In this document: positions 47,793 to 58,608 of the stretch, one piece after another
Numbering within the stretch: position 1 is the stretch's first letter
Layout: each line of letters starts with the position of its first letter
Assembly (NCBI GenBank): GCA_963729715.1
Contig: CAVSPA010000003.1
Location: 64,001 to 128,000, forward strand
Source: an uncultured delta proteobacterium
GTDB taxonomy: Bacteria; Desulfobacterota; Syntrophia; Syntrophales; UBA2185
Reading direction: 5' to 3'
Length of the DNA stretch: 64,000 nucleotides
Program-made: the position numbers and the translations under genes
The notes under the pieces: generated by a model
What the model was told of the DNA's origin: nothing
The model's input: the letters and a program-made list of their open reading frames with translations, nothing else
The model's database searches: none

Positions 47793-49418
47793 ATGGAATT
47801 TAACGTCGTCATCGGCGGGGAGGCGGGGCAGGGCCTTTTCTCAGTCGAACTCGGCCTGACGGATATCCTTTCACGGCTCAACTATTATTTTTTCGCGACC
47901 AAGAACTACATGTCCCGGATCCGGGGTGGCCACAACTTCCACATGATCCGCATCTCCGAGGAGCCTGTCCATGCCTTAAGCGGCCGGAGATGGGACATGG
48001 TCATCGCCCTCGACGGAGAAACGGACATCCGGCACAGGCCGGACCTCAGCGGCGACGGCATCTATCTTTCCCGGGAATTGACAAAAGAGATCGAAAAGGA
48101 AGCTAGGGAAAAGTTCCAAGACGTCAAGTTCGCAAACACGATGCTCGTCGGCTGCGTGCTTGCCGTAATCGGTGTGAGCCCCGACAGAATGACGGAGGGC
48201 GCCGAAGACGAAACCGCAAAATACTTGAGGGCGGGTTTCGACTACGCCATCATCTCTAACCTTGCCGGAAAATATCTTCTCCGACCTGTGGCAGGCGCCC
48301 ACTGCAAATTCGACGGGAATCAGGCCATAGCCTTAGGGGCGCTCTTGGGCGGCTGCCAGTTCATGGCGGGGTACCCCATGACGCCGGCCACATCCATCAT
48401 GCATTATTTTTCTACGGCAGCTCTTACGATGCCTGTCCATTTTGAACAGGCCGAGGACGAGATCTCCGCCATCAACATGGCCTTGGGCGCGTCCTATGCG
48501 GGCGTGCGATCAATGGTGGCCACTTCCGGCGGCGGCTTCGCCTTGATGCAGGAGGGGGTTTCGCTTGCAGGCATGACGGAAACGCCTGTTGTTATTGTTC
48601 TCGGCCAGCGGCCGGGCCCGGCTACAGGGCTTCCCACGCGGACCGAACAAGGGGAACTCAACCTTGTCCTTCATGCGGGCCATGGCGAATTTCCCCGGAT
48701 TATTTTTGCACCGGGCTCAATCGACGAAGCTATCGCCCTTGCCCGCAAGAGCTTCGCACTGGCCGACCGCTACCAGATACCCGTTTTTATCCTGACGGAT
48801 CAGTACTTCGCCGACTCCATCCAGATCATGCATGATGAAATACCCAAGGAATGCCTGAGCCGTGAGTACCCGGTCTTCGACGTTAGCTACAAACGATACA
48901 TGCTTACGGAAGATGGCATCTCCCCCTTAACATATCCCGGCCTTTCCGATGCGAGGGTCAGGCTCGATTCCGATGAGCACGATGAAGAAGGAAAAATCAC
49001 GGAAGATCTGGGCCTGAGGGTCCGTATGGTGGACAAGCGCCTGAAGACATTCGCACTGCTTGCGGGAGATTTCATGCCACCCACATTTTACGGTGACAGA
49101 AATGCGGCTTCCGTAATCCTCTCTTGGGGCTCGAACAAACTCATTGTGAAGGAGGCGCTGGAGAAGATCATAGAGGACGGGCAGAGCGCCGCTGCGCTTC
49201 ATTTCGGTCAGGTCCATCCCCTCACGGCGGCTATGGTTGCTCCATACGGCCTGGATGCGAAGAGGCTTATCTGTGTGGAAAATAACGCGAGGGGTCAGTT
49301 CGCAGGACTTCTGAAACGTGAACTGGGTCTTAATGTTGCCCACCCCGTGCTGAAATACAATGGCGAGTGCTTCACAGTCTCAGAGCTCTATTATATATTA
49401 AAAAAATTGTTGACGTGA
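47793..49418 (+). CDS. 2-oxoacid:ferredoxin oxidoreductase alpha subunit
   Basis: GGEAGQG, SRIRGGHN, YPMTPATS, QAEDEI, ATSGGGF, QRPGPATGLPT. Confidence 0.95.
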   Translation: MEFNVVIGGEAGQGLFSVELGLTDILSRLNYYFFATKNYMSRIRGGHNFHMIRISEEPVHALSGRRWDMVIALDGETDIRHRPDLSGDGIYLSRELTKEIEKEAREKFQDVKFANTMLVGCVLAVIGVSPDRMTEGAEDETAKYLRAGFDYAIISNLAGKYLLRPVAGAHCKFDGNQAIALGALLGGCQFMAGYPMTPATSIMHYFSTAALTMPVHFEQAEDEISAINMALGASYAGVRSMVATSGGGFALMQEGVSLAGMTETPVVIVLGQRPGPATGLPTRTEQGELNLVLHAGHGEFPRIIFAPGSIDEAIALARKSFALADRYQIPVFILTDQYFADSIQIMHDEIPKECLSREYPVFDVSYKRYMLTEDGISPLTYPGLSDARVRLDSDEHDEEGKITEDLGLRVRMVDKRLKTFALLAGDFMPPTFYGDRNAASVILSWGSNKLIVKEALEKIIEDGQSAAALHFGQVHPLTAAMVAPYGLDAKRLICVENNARGQFAGLLKRELGLNVAHPVLKYNGECFTVSELYYILKKLLT

Positions 49419-49427
49419 GGACTTAAG

Positions 49428-50252
49428 ATGCTGAAGAGAACAGACATGGCGTGGTGCCCGGGCTGCGGCGATTTCCCCATCCGGGACGTTCTGGAAAAAG
49501 CCCTCGACGAGCTTTCCATACCCGCGAAGGACATCGTCTTCACATCGGGGATCGGGCAGGCGGCCAAGATGCCGCATTACCTGGACGTCAATTACTTTAA
49601 CGGCCTCCATGGCAGGGCCCTGCCCCTTGCCGTGGGGATCAAACTCGCCAGACCTGACCTTACCGTCATCGCCTACTCGGGCGACGGCTGCAATTACGGC
49701 GAGGGAGGAAATCACTTCATCCATACGATCAGAAGGCGGCTGGATATTACGATACTGACATCGAATAACCAGGTATACGGGCTCACCAAAGGGCAGAGTT
49801 CTCCTACGACGGACCTATCCGTGATAAATGACCTCTCCCCCGCTGGGAACGAGAACATTCCCTTAAACCCCATAGCCCTGGCTATCACCATGGGAGCGCC
49901 TTTCGTAGCACGCTGCTACGCCTCCGACAGAGACCACATGAAAGAAGTTATTAAAGAAGCCATTCTCTTCAAAGGAACGGCGCTCGTCGACATTCTCCAA
50001 CCCTGCGTCACTTTCAACAAGATCAATACCTACCAGTGGTTGAGGGAAAGGGCGTTCAAGATCAAGAAGCCCATAGAGGACCGTTATGAGGCCATAAAGA
50101 CGGCGGAGCTATGGGGAGACAGGATTCCGATCGGCGTCATTTACAGAAACGACGCTGCCCTGTGCCGGGAAATAAAAAAAATCTTCCGCGAGAGGATAAG
50201 GGAAGAAGATATTGAAAAGCAGCTTGACATGCGTTGCGTCATGATGAGATGA
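49428..50252 (+). CDS. 2-oxoacid:ferredoxin oxidoreductase beta subunit
   Basis: WCPGCGD, SGIGQ, LHGR, GDG..N TPP motif, YGLTKGQ, QPCVTFN. Confidence 0.95.
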   Translation: MLKRTDMAWCPGCGDFPIRDVLEKALDELSIPAKDIVFTSGIGQAAKMPHYLDVNYFNGLHGRALPLAVGIKLARPDLTVIAYSGDGCNYGEGGNHFIHTIRRRLDITILTSNNQVYGLTKGQSSPTTDLSVINDLSPAGNENIPLNPIALAITMGAPFVARCYASDRDHMKEVIKEAILFKGTALVDILQPCVTFNKINTYQWLRERAFKIKKPIEDRYEAIKTAELWGDRIPIGVIYRNDAALCREIKKIFRERIREEDIEKQLDMRCVMMR

Positions 50253-50277
50253 CGGCGCATCGTGAGGCACGCGTTGA

Positions 50278-50348
50278 TGGTAGTTTATGCCTGTCAATAG
50301 ACCTTCAATTAATCACTATTGTCTTTATCATGCAGATAACATTAGCGT
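50278..50348 (+). promoter_or_regulatory. Recurrent promoter motif, copy B
   Basis: TGGTAG-N7-CTGTCA-N5-CCTTCA-N11-TTGTCT-N18-TAGCGT. Confidence 0.65.
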
Positions 50349-50484
50349 GTAACATGCGGGATACGCAGTGAAGAATATTAAAAGCCTGAGGCGAATGACG
50401 GTGGTTGTCAAGCTATATGCACGTTGCGCGCGCATGGGGCTTCAACTTCAGAAAGACAAATTCCTTTCCAAAGGAGAATGCATA

Positions 50485-50664
50485 ATGAATAACATGGGAA
50501 CAGACCAGGCATGGCAGCAGATACAGGCAAAAGTCGAGGAACTGCTTCGTCAATCCCTTGCGGTAAATCCATTCTACAGGAGCGAATACAAACCTTCTGA
50601 TGTAGTCCATCTCTTAGAGATGCCCCGGGAGTATGGAAAAGATTATCAAGAGATAAAGCCCTGA
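50485..50664 (+). CDS. Small hypothetical protein
   Basis: RBS AAGGAG before ATG 50485; downstream of motif copy B. Confidence 0.55.
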   Translation: MNNMGTDQAWQQIQAKVEELLRQSLAVNPFYRSEYKPSDVVHLLEMPREYGKDYQEIKP

Positions 50665-50810
50665 CGAAAAATCCGAAGGGGGAAAGCGCTGCATTTAAAT
50701 TAACAGTTGATTGCATTTGAAAAAAAAGTTAGGACATCCCCGCAGGGATGGGGTTTTGTGCATAATCGTCTTCTTGTTTTGCGCAGTGCGTGAAGGAGTA
50801 AGTCGTTTCT

Positions 50811-51269
50811 GTGGATAATGTAGATATCCTGATCATCGAAGATAATCGTCACGATGCCGAGCTGATACTGGAAGCCCTGGAAGGACTGGACATTGGCAAC
50901 AGGGTTCGTGCCATACACGATGGCGTGGAGGCCTTGGATTATTTTTTTGGTCCTGACGGGTCCCTCAAGAAGGCAGACGCCCATCTGCCCAAGCTGCTCC
51001 TCCTCGATTTGAAACTGCCTAAGGTGAGCGGCCTGGAGATTCTGAAACGCATAAAGTCCGACGAACGGACCATGCACGTTCCCACCGTCATATTTACTTC
51101 CTCAAGCGAGTCGCAGGACAGGAGCGAAAGCTACAAACTCGGCGCCGACAGCTACGTCGTGAAGCCCATGGATGCTGATACGTTCTCTCGTTATGTTCAT
51201 GACATCGGAAAATACTGGCTTTCGATGAACACGACAATCTATAACGGCGGTCCGGCCCGGGCTCAATAA
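50811..51269 (+). CDS. Single-domain response regulator
   Basis: ILIIEDN, LLDLKLPKVSG, FTSS, SYVVKP. Confidence 0.92.
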   Translation: MDNVDILIIEDNRHDAELILEALEGLDIGNRVRAIHDGVEALDYFFGPDGSLKKADAHLPKLLLLDLKLPKVSGLEILKRIKSDERTMHVPTVIFTSSSESQDRSESYKLGADSYVVKPMDADTFSRYVHDIGKYWLSMNTTIYNGGPARAQ

Positions 51270-51362
51270 AGAGCATTCGCCTATGCGTTTTAGCCGAGGC
51301 GATATCCCCCTTAGTCATGCTCGCTCAGAAATGAATGCCAACCCGTCGGTGTGAGGCCACAA

Positions 51363-51409
51363 TAGTAGGTAAATACTACCAATCAACTACCAATAAATCC
51401 CTATTGTCT
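51363..51409 (+). promoter_or_regulatory. Recurrent promoter motif, copy C (upstream of wrbA)
   Basis: TAGTAG-N7-CTACCA-N5-CTACCA-N11-TTGTCT. Confidence 0.7.
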
Positions 51410-51526
51410 TTACCCCTCCGATGACAATAATCATAATCTGGTTTACGTAAATAATTTAAGTCCTTGCACCGCTAAGATCAGACTCAAGTTGAACACCATG
51501 AAATGGGATAAATCGCCTCAAGAGGA

Positions 51527-52156
51527 ATGGAGCACATCATGAAGGTCCTCATCGTTTACTATTCCATGTACGGCCATATTCACCGCATGGCGGAGGCCGT
51601 GGCGGAAGGTGCGAGGATGGTTAAAGGGGCTGATGTTTACGTGCATCGTGTTCCGGAAACCCTTACGGAAGAAGTCCTGGGAAAGATGGGCGCTCTCGAG
51701 GCGCAAAAGGGTCTTGCCCACGTCCCTGTCTGTACGGTGGATGAAATCGCCACTGCGGATGCTATCATCTTCGGCACGCCCACGCGCTTCGGGAATATGT
51801 GCGGGCAGATGCGGCAGTTCCTCGATGCGACAGGCGGCCTCTGGGCCAAAGGAGCCCTTATCGGCAAGGTGGGGAGCGTTTTTACAAGCAGCGCCACTCA
51901 ACACGGCGGTCAGGAATCCACCATACTTACTTTCCTTACGAATCTTCTTCACCAGGGCATGGTAGTTGTCGGCCTCCCGTACTCCTTTGACGGACAGATG
52001 CGGATCGATGAAATCACCGGCGGTTCACCCTACGGGGCTTCCACGATCGCGGGAACGCAGGGCGAGCGCATGCCGAGCGAAAATGAATTAAATGCGGCCC
52101 GGTTCCAGGGCCGGCATGTGGCTGAGATAGCGGCCAGACTGACATACAAGAGCTGA
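51527..52156 (+). CDS. wrbA: NAD(P)H:quinone oxidoreductase WrbA
   Basis: [31 protein letters not shown]. Confidence 0.97.
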   Translation: MEHIMKVLIVYYSMYGHIHRMAEAVAEGARMVKGADVYVHRVPETLTEEVLGKMGALEAQKGLAHVPVCTVDEIATADAIIFGTPTRFGNMCGQMRQFLDATGGLWAKGALIGKVGSVFTSSATQHGGQESTILTFLTNLLHQGMVVVGLPYSFDGQMRIDEITGGSPYGASTIAGTQGERMPSENELNAARFQGRHVAEIAARLTYKS

Positions 52157-52553
52157 CATAGGAGATTGCAGGTGAGCCCGACCAGAGAAGATCGGAGATT
52201 GAGGAAAGTTACTGTCAGAGGAAATTGTTTTCCGTGATTCATGTGCCGGAACGGCCTCCGAAACATAGGAAGACAAGATAGAGAGATGAGAAGAGGATAT
52301 GACGCGCTTTAAATATCTCGTGAATTTTTATCACCACACCTTTTCCATCAATTTAAATTTCACCGGCTCAAGTAATAATCTATTTTTCACACTATTTCCC
52401 ATGTCAGAAAAAATGAAAACCAAGGCTTGAATGGAAAAGGGGATTCATTTACATATGGCCGGAATATCTTAAATCCGGCAGGAGAAAAAACGGAAAAAGG
52501 AAGTAGGCGATAAATAGAACCATCCCTTTTTCCGATAAAATACTGGCGGAGCC

Positions 52554-54149
52554 ATGACGAAAAGAATACCTGCAGCAGATAAGCGCATCGATGAGCTCAG
52601 GGTGAGGGCGGAAGATGCCCTGTCCGGGAAGGCCGCAAAGCGCGGTGAGCCATCCGCCGATATCCAGAAGCTCATTCACGAACTCAATGTTCATCAGATA
52701 GAGCTGGAGATGCAGAATGAGGAACTGCGAAAGTCGCAGATGGAGACCGCCGCAGAACACCACAAGTACACCGACCTTTATGACTTCGCCCCTGTCGGGT
52801 ATTTCACCCTCGATAAGAAGGGACGTATCATTAAAGCGAATGTCACGGGCGCCTCTTTGCTCGGCTCTGAGAAGAGATCGCTCATAGGACAACCGTTCCG
52901 TCGTTTTATCACACCCGGGCATTTCAGTATCTTCCAGTCCCATCTTCAGAATGCCCATGAATCGCAAAGCAAACAGACCTGCAAACTGAAGCTCACCGGG
53001 AAGGACGGCAGCCTGTTCGACGCACTGATCGACACCATAGCAGTAATGGATGGTGACGGTAATTTTGATAACTACCGTTCTTCCGTCACTGACATCACGG
53101 AGATTACGAGGGCAGAGGAGAAGATGGCGTATCTGGCCTCGTTTCCCATGCTCAACCCGAATCCCGTGGCAGAAGTGGATTTTGCGGGGCAGGCCCATTA
53201 CCTTAACCCCGCCGCCGAGCTTTTATTCCCGGATCTCCGCGAGCGCGGAGCGGCGCATCCGTGGCTTCACGATTGGAAAGCGGTGGTTTCTGCCTTGCGC
53301 AAAAACGGGTCAAGAGAAATCGTACGGGAAGTGAATGTTGGCGAGCGCTGGTGCCAGCAAACGTTGCATTTAGTGGAAGGAGCCCAGCGCATCCGCATCT
53401 ACGGAATGGATATCACTGAGAGCAAGCATGCGGAGTTGGAGATGAGGGAAGGGAGAAGGCAATTGGAATATGCCATCAAGGAACTCGAAAGCTTCAGCTA
53501 TTCCGTCGCTCATGATCTGCGCGCCCCGCTCCGGGCCATAGACGGCTATGCGCGCCTGATCCTCAAGAGGCAGGGGGATAAGTTTGACCAAGACACCCTC
53601 GATAAATTTAACGTGATCAGGTCCAGCACGCGCCTGATGGGGCAGCTCATCGACGACCTCCTGACCTTCTCCCGCCTGGGGAGGAAGCATATATCCCCCA
53701 TGCCCTTGGATATGGATATCCTCATGAAAGACGCGTGGAAAGAAGTGCAGGTGAGCGACCCGGAGAGGGACATTAAGCTTGAAGTAGGGAGCATGCCTCC
53801 GGGCTACGGGGACATGGCCCTCATCAAACAGGTATTGATCAACCTCCTTTCCAACGCCGTAAAATTCACGAAATACAAGGATGCCGCAAATATCGAGGTG
53901 GGAGGCTACGCCAACGGCAATGAACACGTGTATTATATCAGGGACAACGGTGTAGGCTTCGACATGGCCTATTACGATAAGCTCTTCGGCGTCTTTCAGA
54001 GACTGCATAGTACGGAGCAGTTCGAAGGCACCGGCGTAGGCCTGGCGACCGTCGAGCGCCTCATACAGAGGCATGGCGGCAGGGTATGGGCGGAGGGTAA
54101 GGTGGATGAAGGGGCCTGTTTTTATTTCGCACTAAACATTAAGGAGTGA
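52554..54149 (+). CDS. PAS-domain sensor histidine kinase
   Basis: HELNVHQIELEMQNEEL, two PAS domains, SVAHDLRAPL H-box, NLLSNAVKF, DNGVGF, GTGVGL. Confidence 0.95.
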   Translation: MTKRIPAADKRIDELRVRAEDALSGKAAKRGEPSADIQKLIHELNVHQIELEMQNEELRKSQMETAAEHHKYTDLYDFAPVGYFTLDKKGRIIKANVTGASLLGSEKRSLIGQPFRRFITPGHFSIFQSHLQNAHESQSKQTCKLKLTGKDGSLFDALIDTIAVMDGDGNFDNYRSSVTDITEITRAEEKMAYLASFPMLNPNPVAEVDFAGQAHYLNPAAELLFPDLRERGAAHPWLHDWKAVVSALRKNGSREIVREVNVGERWCQQTLHLVEGAQRIRIYGMDITESKHAELEMREGRRQLEYAIKELESFSYSVAHDLRAPLRAIDGYARLILKRQGDKFDQDTLDKFNVIRSSTRLMGQLIDDLLTFSRLGRKHISPMPLDMDILMKDAWKEVQVSDPERDIKLEVGSMPPGYGDMALIKQVLINLLSNAVKFTKYKDAANIEVGGYANGNEHVYYIRDNGVGFDMAYYDKLFGVFQRLHSTEQFEGTGVGLATVERLIQRHGGRVWAEGKVDEGACFYFALNIKE

Positions 54150-54157
54150 CTTTTTTC

Positions 54158-54601
54158 ATGGGCAATATTGATGTTCTTCTCGTCGAAGACAATCCTCACG
54201 ATGCTGAGATGATCCTGGATACCCTCAGCCGGCAGGATATCTCCAACAGGGTCCGGGCCATAAGCGATGGCGCGGAAGCTCTCGATTATTTGTTCGGGCC
54301 CGAGGGATGCCTTGCGAAGGCGGAGGTTCATCTCCCCAAGGTGATCCTCCTCGATTTGAAACTCCCCAAGGTCAGCGGCCTGGAGATTCTGAAACGCATC
54401 AAGTCCGATGAACGGACAAGGCATATCCCGGTTGTCATATTTACTTCCTCCGATGAAGAGCGAGACAGGACGGAAAGCTACAGGCGCGGGGCGAACAGCT
54501 ATATTGTTAAGCCCATGCAAGCGGCGGCGTTCTCGCGTTTTGTTGCCGAACTCGGGGCATACTGGGTATCGATGAATATAACGCCCTATGCGGATGCGTA
54601 A
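54158..54601 (+). CDS. Single-domain response regulator
   Basis: VLLVEDN, LLDLKLPKVSG, GANSYIVKP. Confidence 0.93.
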   Translation: MGNIDVLLVEDNPHDAEMILDTLSRQDISNRVRAISDGAEALDYLFGPEGCLAKAEVHLPKVILLDLKLPKVSGLEILKRIKSDERTRHIPVVIFTSSDEERDRTESYRRGANSYIVKPMQAAAFSRFVAELGAYWVSMNITPYADA

Positions 54602-54716
54602 TCGCAGGGCGGATGGTCATTGGCCGATTGCAAGAGTTGCCTGGCGTGAATGTTATGATTCAGCTCAATTACGTAAAAATCTTCCCTTAGTGTCGGAGAG
54701 TTTGGAGGCTTAGACG

Positions 54717-55961
54717 ATGTCCGAGAAATTGAAAGTATTAATCCTTGAAGATGTCCCTACGGATGCGGAGTTGATGATAGAGGAGCTCGCGGATGCAGGC
54801 ATGACGTTTGTTTCGAAGCGTGTCGTCACGAAGGCGTCCTTTGTCAATGCGATTGCTGATTTTTACCCGGACATTATTCTTTCCGATTATTCTCTGCCCT
54901 CATTTGACGGTCTTGCGGCCTTGAAGATCGCGAGGGAGAGATGTCCAGATGTGCCTTTTGTTTTTGTTTCGGGAGCGCTGGGCGAGGAGATGGCGATTGA
55001 CCTTCTCAAGAAGGGTGCTACGGACTATGTTCTGAAGAACAGGTTATCGCGTTTGGAGCCGGCGGTATCGCGCGCGTTGCATGAGGTTGAGGAGCGGCGC
55101 GAGCGAGAGCGTGCGGAGCATGCGCTGAAGGAATCGGAGGTCAGGTACCGGACGATATTTGAGAACACGGGGACGGCGACGGTGATCGTTGATGAAGATG
55201 CGACTATAGTTTTGGCGAACAGGCAGTTTGAGAGGTTGACGGGTTTTTCCCGGTCGGAGATCGAGGGGAAGAAGAAGTGGACGGAATTCGTGCTTGAGGA
55301 TGATCTTCCGAAGTTGAAGCTCCTCTCGCGCGCGGTGGGCAAGCATTCCCGGACGCCCTCTGACGGCTATGAATTCCGGATCACTAATAATCACGACGGG
55401 GTTCTGAATGTCCTGGCAAATGTGGCGTCCATACCTTCCACGAAGAGGGTGGTCATGTCTTTCCTTGATATTACAGAGCGAAAAATGGCCGAAGAAGTCC
55501 TGAAGAAAAGGGAGCAGGAGCTGCAATTGAAATCGCAAAGTCTTGAGGAAGCCAATACGGCGTTGAAGGTCCTGTTGAAGCACCGGGAAGAAGATAAGGC
55601 TACCCTCGAAGAACAGGTGCTGGCCAACGTCAAAAAGCTTGTTTTACCCTACCTGGAAAAATTGAAGGGCCCGAGGCTGGATAGCAGCCAGCGGGTTCAC
55701 GTAGAGATCATTGAGGCCCATTTGAATGACATCGTATCACCCTTCTTGAGGAATCTGTCCTCCGCGTACCTCAGTCTGACACCGAGGGAAATTGAGGTGG
55801 CTACACTCGTCAAGGAAGGAAAGACGACCAAGGAAATAACCAAGCTTCTTAATATATCCACCACTGCGGTAGACTTCCATAGAAAGAATCTGCGTTCCAA
55901 GTTTGGTATAAAAAGCAAGAAAACGAATCTGAGGTCATTTCTCACGTCCCTCTATTCATAG
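54717..55961 (+). CDS. Response regulator with REC-PAS-LuxR HTH domains
   Basis: N-terminal receiver, central PAS, LTPREIEVATLVKEGKTTKEI...TAVDFHRKNLRSKFG. Confidence 0.92.
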   Translation: MSEKLKVLILEDVPTDAELMIEELADAGMTFVSKRVVTKASFVNAIADFYPDIILSDYSLPSFDGLAALKIARERCPDVPFVFVSGALGEEMAIDLLKKGATDYVLKNRLSRLEPAVSRALHEVEERRERERAEHALKESEVRYRTIFENTGTATVIVDEDATIVLANRQFERLTGFSRSEIEGKKKWTEFVLEDDLPKLKLLSRAVGKHSRTPSDGYEFRITNNHDGVLNVLANVASIPSTKRVVMSFLDITERKMAEEVLKKREQELQLKSQSLEEANTALKVLLKHREEDKATLEEQVLANVKKLVLPYLEKLKGPRLDSSQRVHVEIIEAHLNDIVSPFLRNLSSAYLSLTPREIEVATLVKEGKTTKEITKLLNISTTAVDFHRKNLRSKFGIKSKKTNLRSFLTSLYS

Positions 55962-56272
55962 CAGCTTGCGCCTGCCATTACCCTGTAATTTTAGCGTCGT
56001 TGGTTCGGCTGGCAGGTCTTCCGGTTTGTGATAGGCTTGATTTATGTCTCCGTGGGTAGCTAGCGCATTCCCGGTACGAAAATAAACTCTTTTATGTCAT
56101 TCAGTGCCCGGCGACAGTAGTGTAATTATTTTTCTTGTCATCTAAAATGATAGTGAAACGAGAATTTTTTATGACGATAAGAATGACATGTTTTCCTGAT
56201 ATTACAGAGCTTCTTGGCAGGATTTAGAGATCAGTTATTTTTCCATATTGTAACACACTCGAGGAGGATGCT

Positions 56273-57688
56273 ATGGGAAGAAGAATCGGTGCTTTTTATA
56301 TTACCAAGGGTTTGTTCATTCTCGCTCTCGCTTTGATTGTTTTCGCCGCCGCTTGTCTTAATGACAAGGGGCGCACCGAGGCAGTCGGCTTTCCCCAGTC
56401 CTTTGCTGAGCTTGCCAAGAAGGTCACGCCTGCCGTTGTAAATATCAGCACAACAACGACGGTCAAGGTACCAGGCAATCCTTTCAGGCAGTTCTTCGGA
56501 CCCCGCGGCGGGCCATTCGAGGACTTCTTCGGTGACATGCCGGACAAGGAAATGAAACAGCGAAGCCTCGGCTCGGGCATCATTGTAGATAAAGAAGGAT
56601 ACATAATCACGAACAATCACGTTGTCTCCGGGTCGGGAGAGATCAAAGTCAAGCTTACGGACGGAAGGGAATACACGGCGAAAGTGATCGGCAGGGATCC
56701 CAAAACAGATCTGGCCCTGATTAAAATATCATCTATCTTCAAAGACCTTCCGACACTTGCCTTAGGTGACTCAGACATTATGCAGGTAGGCGACTGGGTG
56801 CTGGCTATCGGAAACCCCTTCGGGCTGGAACACACGGTTACGCAGGGCATTATCAGCGCCTCCGGCCGTGTTATCGGCTCCGGACCGTACGACAATTTCC
56901 TCCAAACCGATGCCCCTATCAACCCGGGAAACAGTGGGGGACCGCTGGTGAATATGAAAGGCGAGGTCATCGGGATAAACACTGCCATCGTTGCCGCGGG
57001 TCAGGGTATCGGGTTTGCAATTCCGAGCAGCACCGCAAAGGGTGTTATCGCCCAGCTTCGGGAAAAGGGCAAGGTAGTGCGGGGCTGGTTGGGGGTCTCG
57101 ATTCAGATGGTCACGCCTGAACTGGCGCCGTCCTTCGGGCTGAAAGAAGCGCGCGGAGCCATAGTTGCCGATGTTGTCAAGGGCAGTCCCGCAGAAAAGG
57201 CCGGCATCGAACAGGGAGACGTCGTCCTTGCCTTTGACGGCAAGGACGTCAAATCCTCAAACGACCTTCCATGGATCGTTGCAGAGACTCCCGTGGGGAA
57301 GACCGTTAATGTCAAGTTGATACGGCAGGGGAAAGAACTCGATGTTAAAGTGACGATAGTGGAAATGACGGAGCAGCGCCAGGCGCTGCAGGCGGGCAAG
57401 ATAAAAAACGTCTTCGGCTTTACAGTCGACAACGTAAAGCCTGAGTGGAGGAGGCAGTTTGATCTGACTGCAAAGGCGGGGGTCGTGGTTACACAGGTTG
57501 AGACGGACAGCCTCGCCGATGACGCAGGCATAGAGCCCGGCGATGTGATCGGGGAAGTGAATAAAAAAGTGATCAAAGATTTAAACGATTTCAAGACGGC
57601 AATGGCGCAGGTTAAGTCGAATGAAAGTGTGGTCTTTCTTTTGAGCCGCGATGATCAATCGTATTACGTGTCCATAGCAGTGCCTTAG
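56273..57688 (+). CDS. degQ: DegQ/HtrA serine protease with two PDZ domains
   Basis: TNNHVV, DLALIKI, QTDAPINPGNSGGPL. Confidence 0.95.
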   Translation: MGRRIGAFYITKGLFILALALIVFAAACLNDKGRTEAVGFPQSFAELAKKVTPAVVNISTTTTVKVPGNPFRQFFGPRGGPFEDFFGDMPDKEMKQRSLGSGIIVDKEGYIITNNHVVSGSGEIKVKLTDGREYTAKVIGRDPKTDLALIKISSIFKDLPTLALGDSDIMQVGDWVLAIGNPFGLEHTVTQGIISASGRVIGSGPYDNFLQTDAPINPGNSGGPLVNMKGEVIGINTAIVAAGQGIGFAIPSSTAKGVIAQLREKGKVVRGWLGVSIQMVTPELAPSFGLKEARGAIVADVVKGSPAEKAGIEQGDVVLAFDGKDVKSSNDLPWIVAETPVGKTVNVKLIRQGKELDVKVTIVEMTEQRQALQAGKIKNVFGFTVDNVKPEWRRQFDLTAKAGVVVTQVETDSLADDAGIEPGDVIGEVNKKVIKDLNDFKTAMAQVKSNESVVFLLSRDDQSYYVSIAVP

Positions 57689-57781
57689 GTTTCTTAAGTT
57701 TGCAGAGATGAATAGCAGCCCGTCCTTGCGGCGGGCTAAAGGATCAATAAGTTTAAGTAAACGATGGGAAAGGAGAGAGAG

Positions 57782-58360
57782 ATGAAAAGGCAAAAGATTC
57801 TTATGAGGTTATTTTTGGTCGCGATCATTTGTGCTTTTGTTCTGCCTGCGGGATGCGCGAAGAAGGCAGTCATGAAGGAAGAGCCCGCAGTGGAAAAAGA
57901 GGCGGCCGTGGAGAAGCATGCGCCCGCGCAAGCGGCGGAGGCCGCTCCTGCGAAGGCTCCGGAAGAACAGAAGGGTAATGAAGCGGCTATGGCGGCTGCG
58001 GCACTCGCCGACAAAGAGGCCTCCGAGTTTATGGACATCCACTTCGCCTTTGACCGCTTTGACCTCAGGCCCGATGAGAGGAAGATTCTCGATATGCACG
58101 CCAAGTGGCTTAAGGCTCATCCGGAATTCACGGCCCGTATCGAGGGAAACTGTGACGAACGCGGAACAGTTGAATACAACATAGCCCTCGGTCAGAGACG
58201 GGCAACTAGCGCAATGAAATACCTCGTTGACCTCGGTGTCGCGAAGAATAGATTAAGCACGATAAGCTACGGGAAGGAACGTCCCCTCGATCCGGGTCAC
58301 AATGAAGAAGCCTGGGCAAAGAACAGAAGGGATCATTTCAGCGTTACGAGAAATAAATAA
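57782..58360 (+). CDS. pal: Peptidoglycan-associated lipoprotein
   Basis: Lipobox AGC, IEGNCDERGTVEYNIALGQRRA, SYGKERP, AKNRR. Confidence 0.95.
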   Translation: MKRQKILMRLFLVAIICAFVLPAGCAKKAVMKEEPAVEKEAAVEKHAPAQAAEAAPAKAPEEQKGNEAAMAAAALADKEASEFMDIHFAFDRFDLRPDERKILDMHAKWLKAHPEFTARIEGNCDERGTVEYNIALGQRRATSAMKYLVDLGVAKNRLSTISYGKERPLDPGHNEEAWAKNRRDHFSVTRNK

Positions 58361-58394
58361 TTATTGTTTTTTTTACGCCCTTCACGTTTTTTCT

Positions 58395-58428
58395 CTTCTT
58401 TCTTGCAAAGGGGGATCGAGGGGGATTT
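58395..58428. repeat. REP-like palindromic repeat; related inverted copy at 62418-62449
   Basis: CTTGCAAAGGGGGATCGAGGGGGATTTT vs ATCCCCTCTCTCCCCTTTGCAAAGTGGGATTT. Confidence 0.45.
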
Positions 58429-58608
58429 TGCATGGCAGAGTAGGTCCTTCATTGCCCCCTTTGTCAGAAGGAGCCGATGCCGCATATACGAGCCGCTTGC
58501 GATGTTCGTCCGTGTGGGGAGGGCTTCCCGCATGACGCGGTAGTCTCAAAACTGCAGCGGGCTGCGCTTGCAATGAGTGAGTGAGTCTGCTCCGGACAGG
58601 GAGCGGGT

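Noticed and set aside
56054..56125. Possible extra copy of the recurrent promoter motif upstream of degQ (GGGTAG-N7-ATTCCC)
   Set aside because: The right half-site, third half-site and -35 all match poorly
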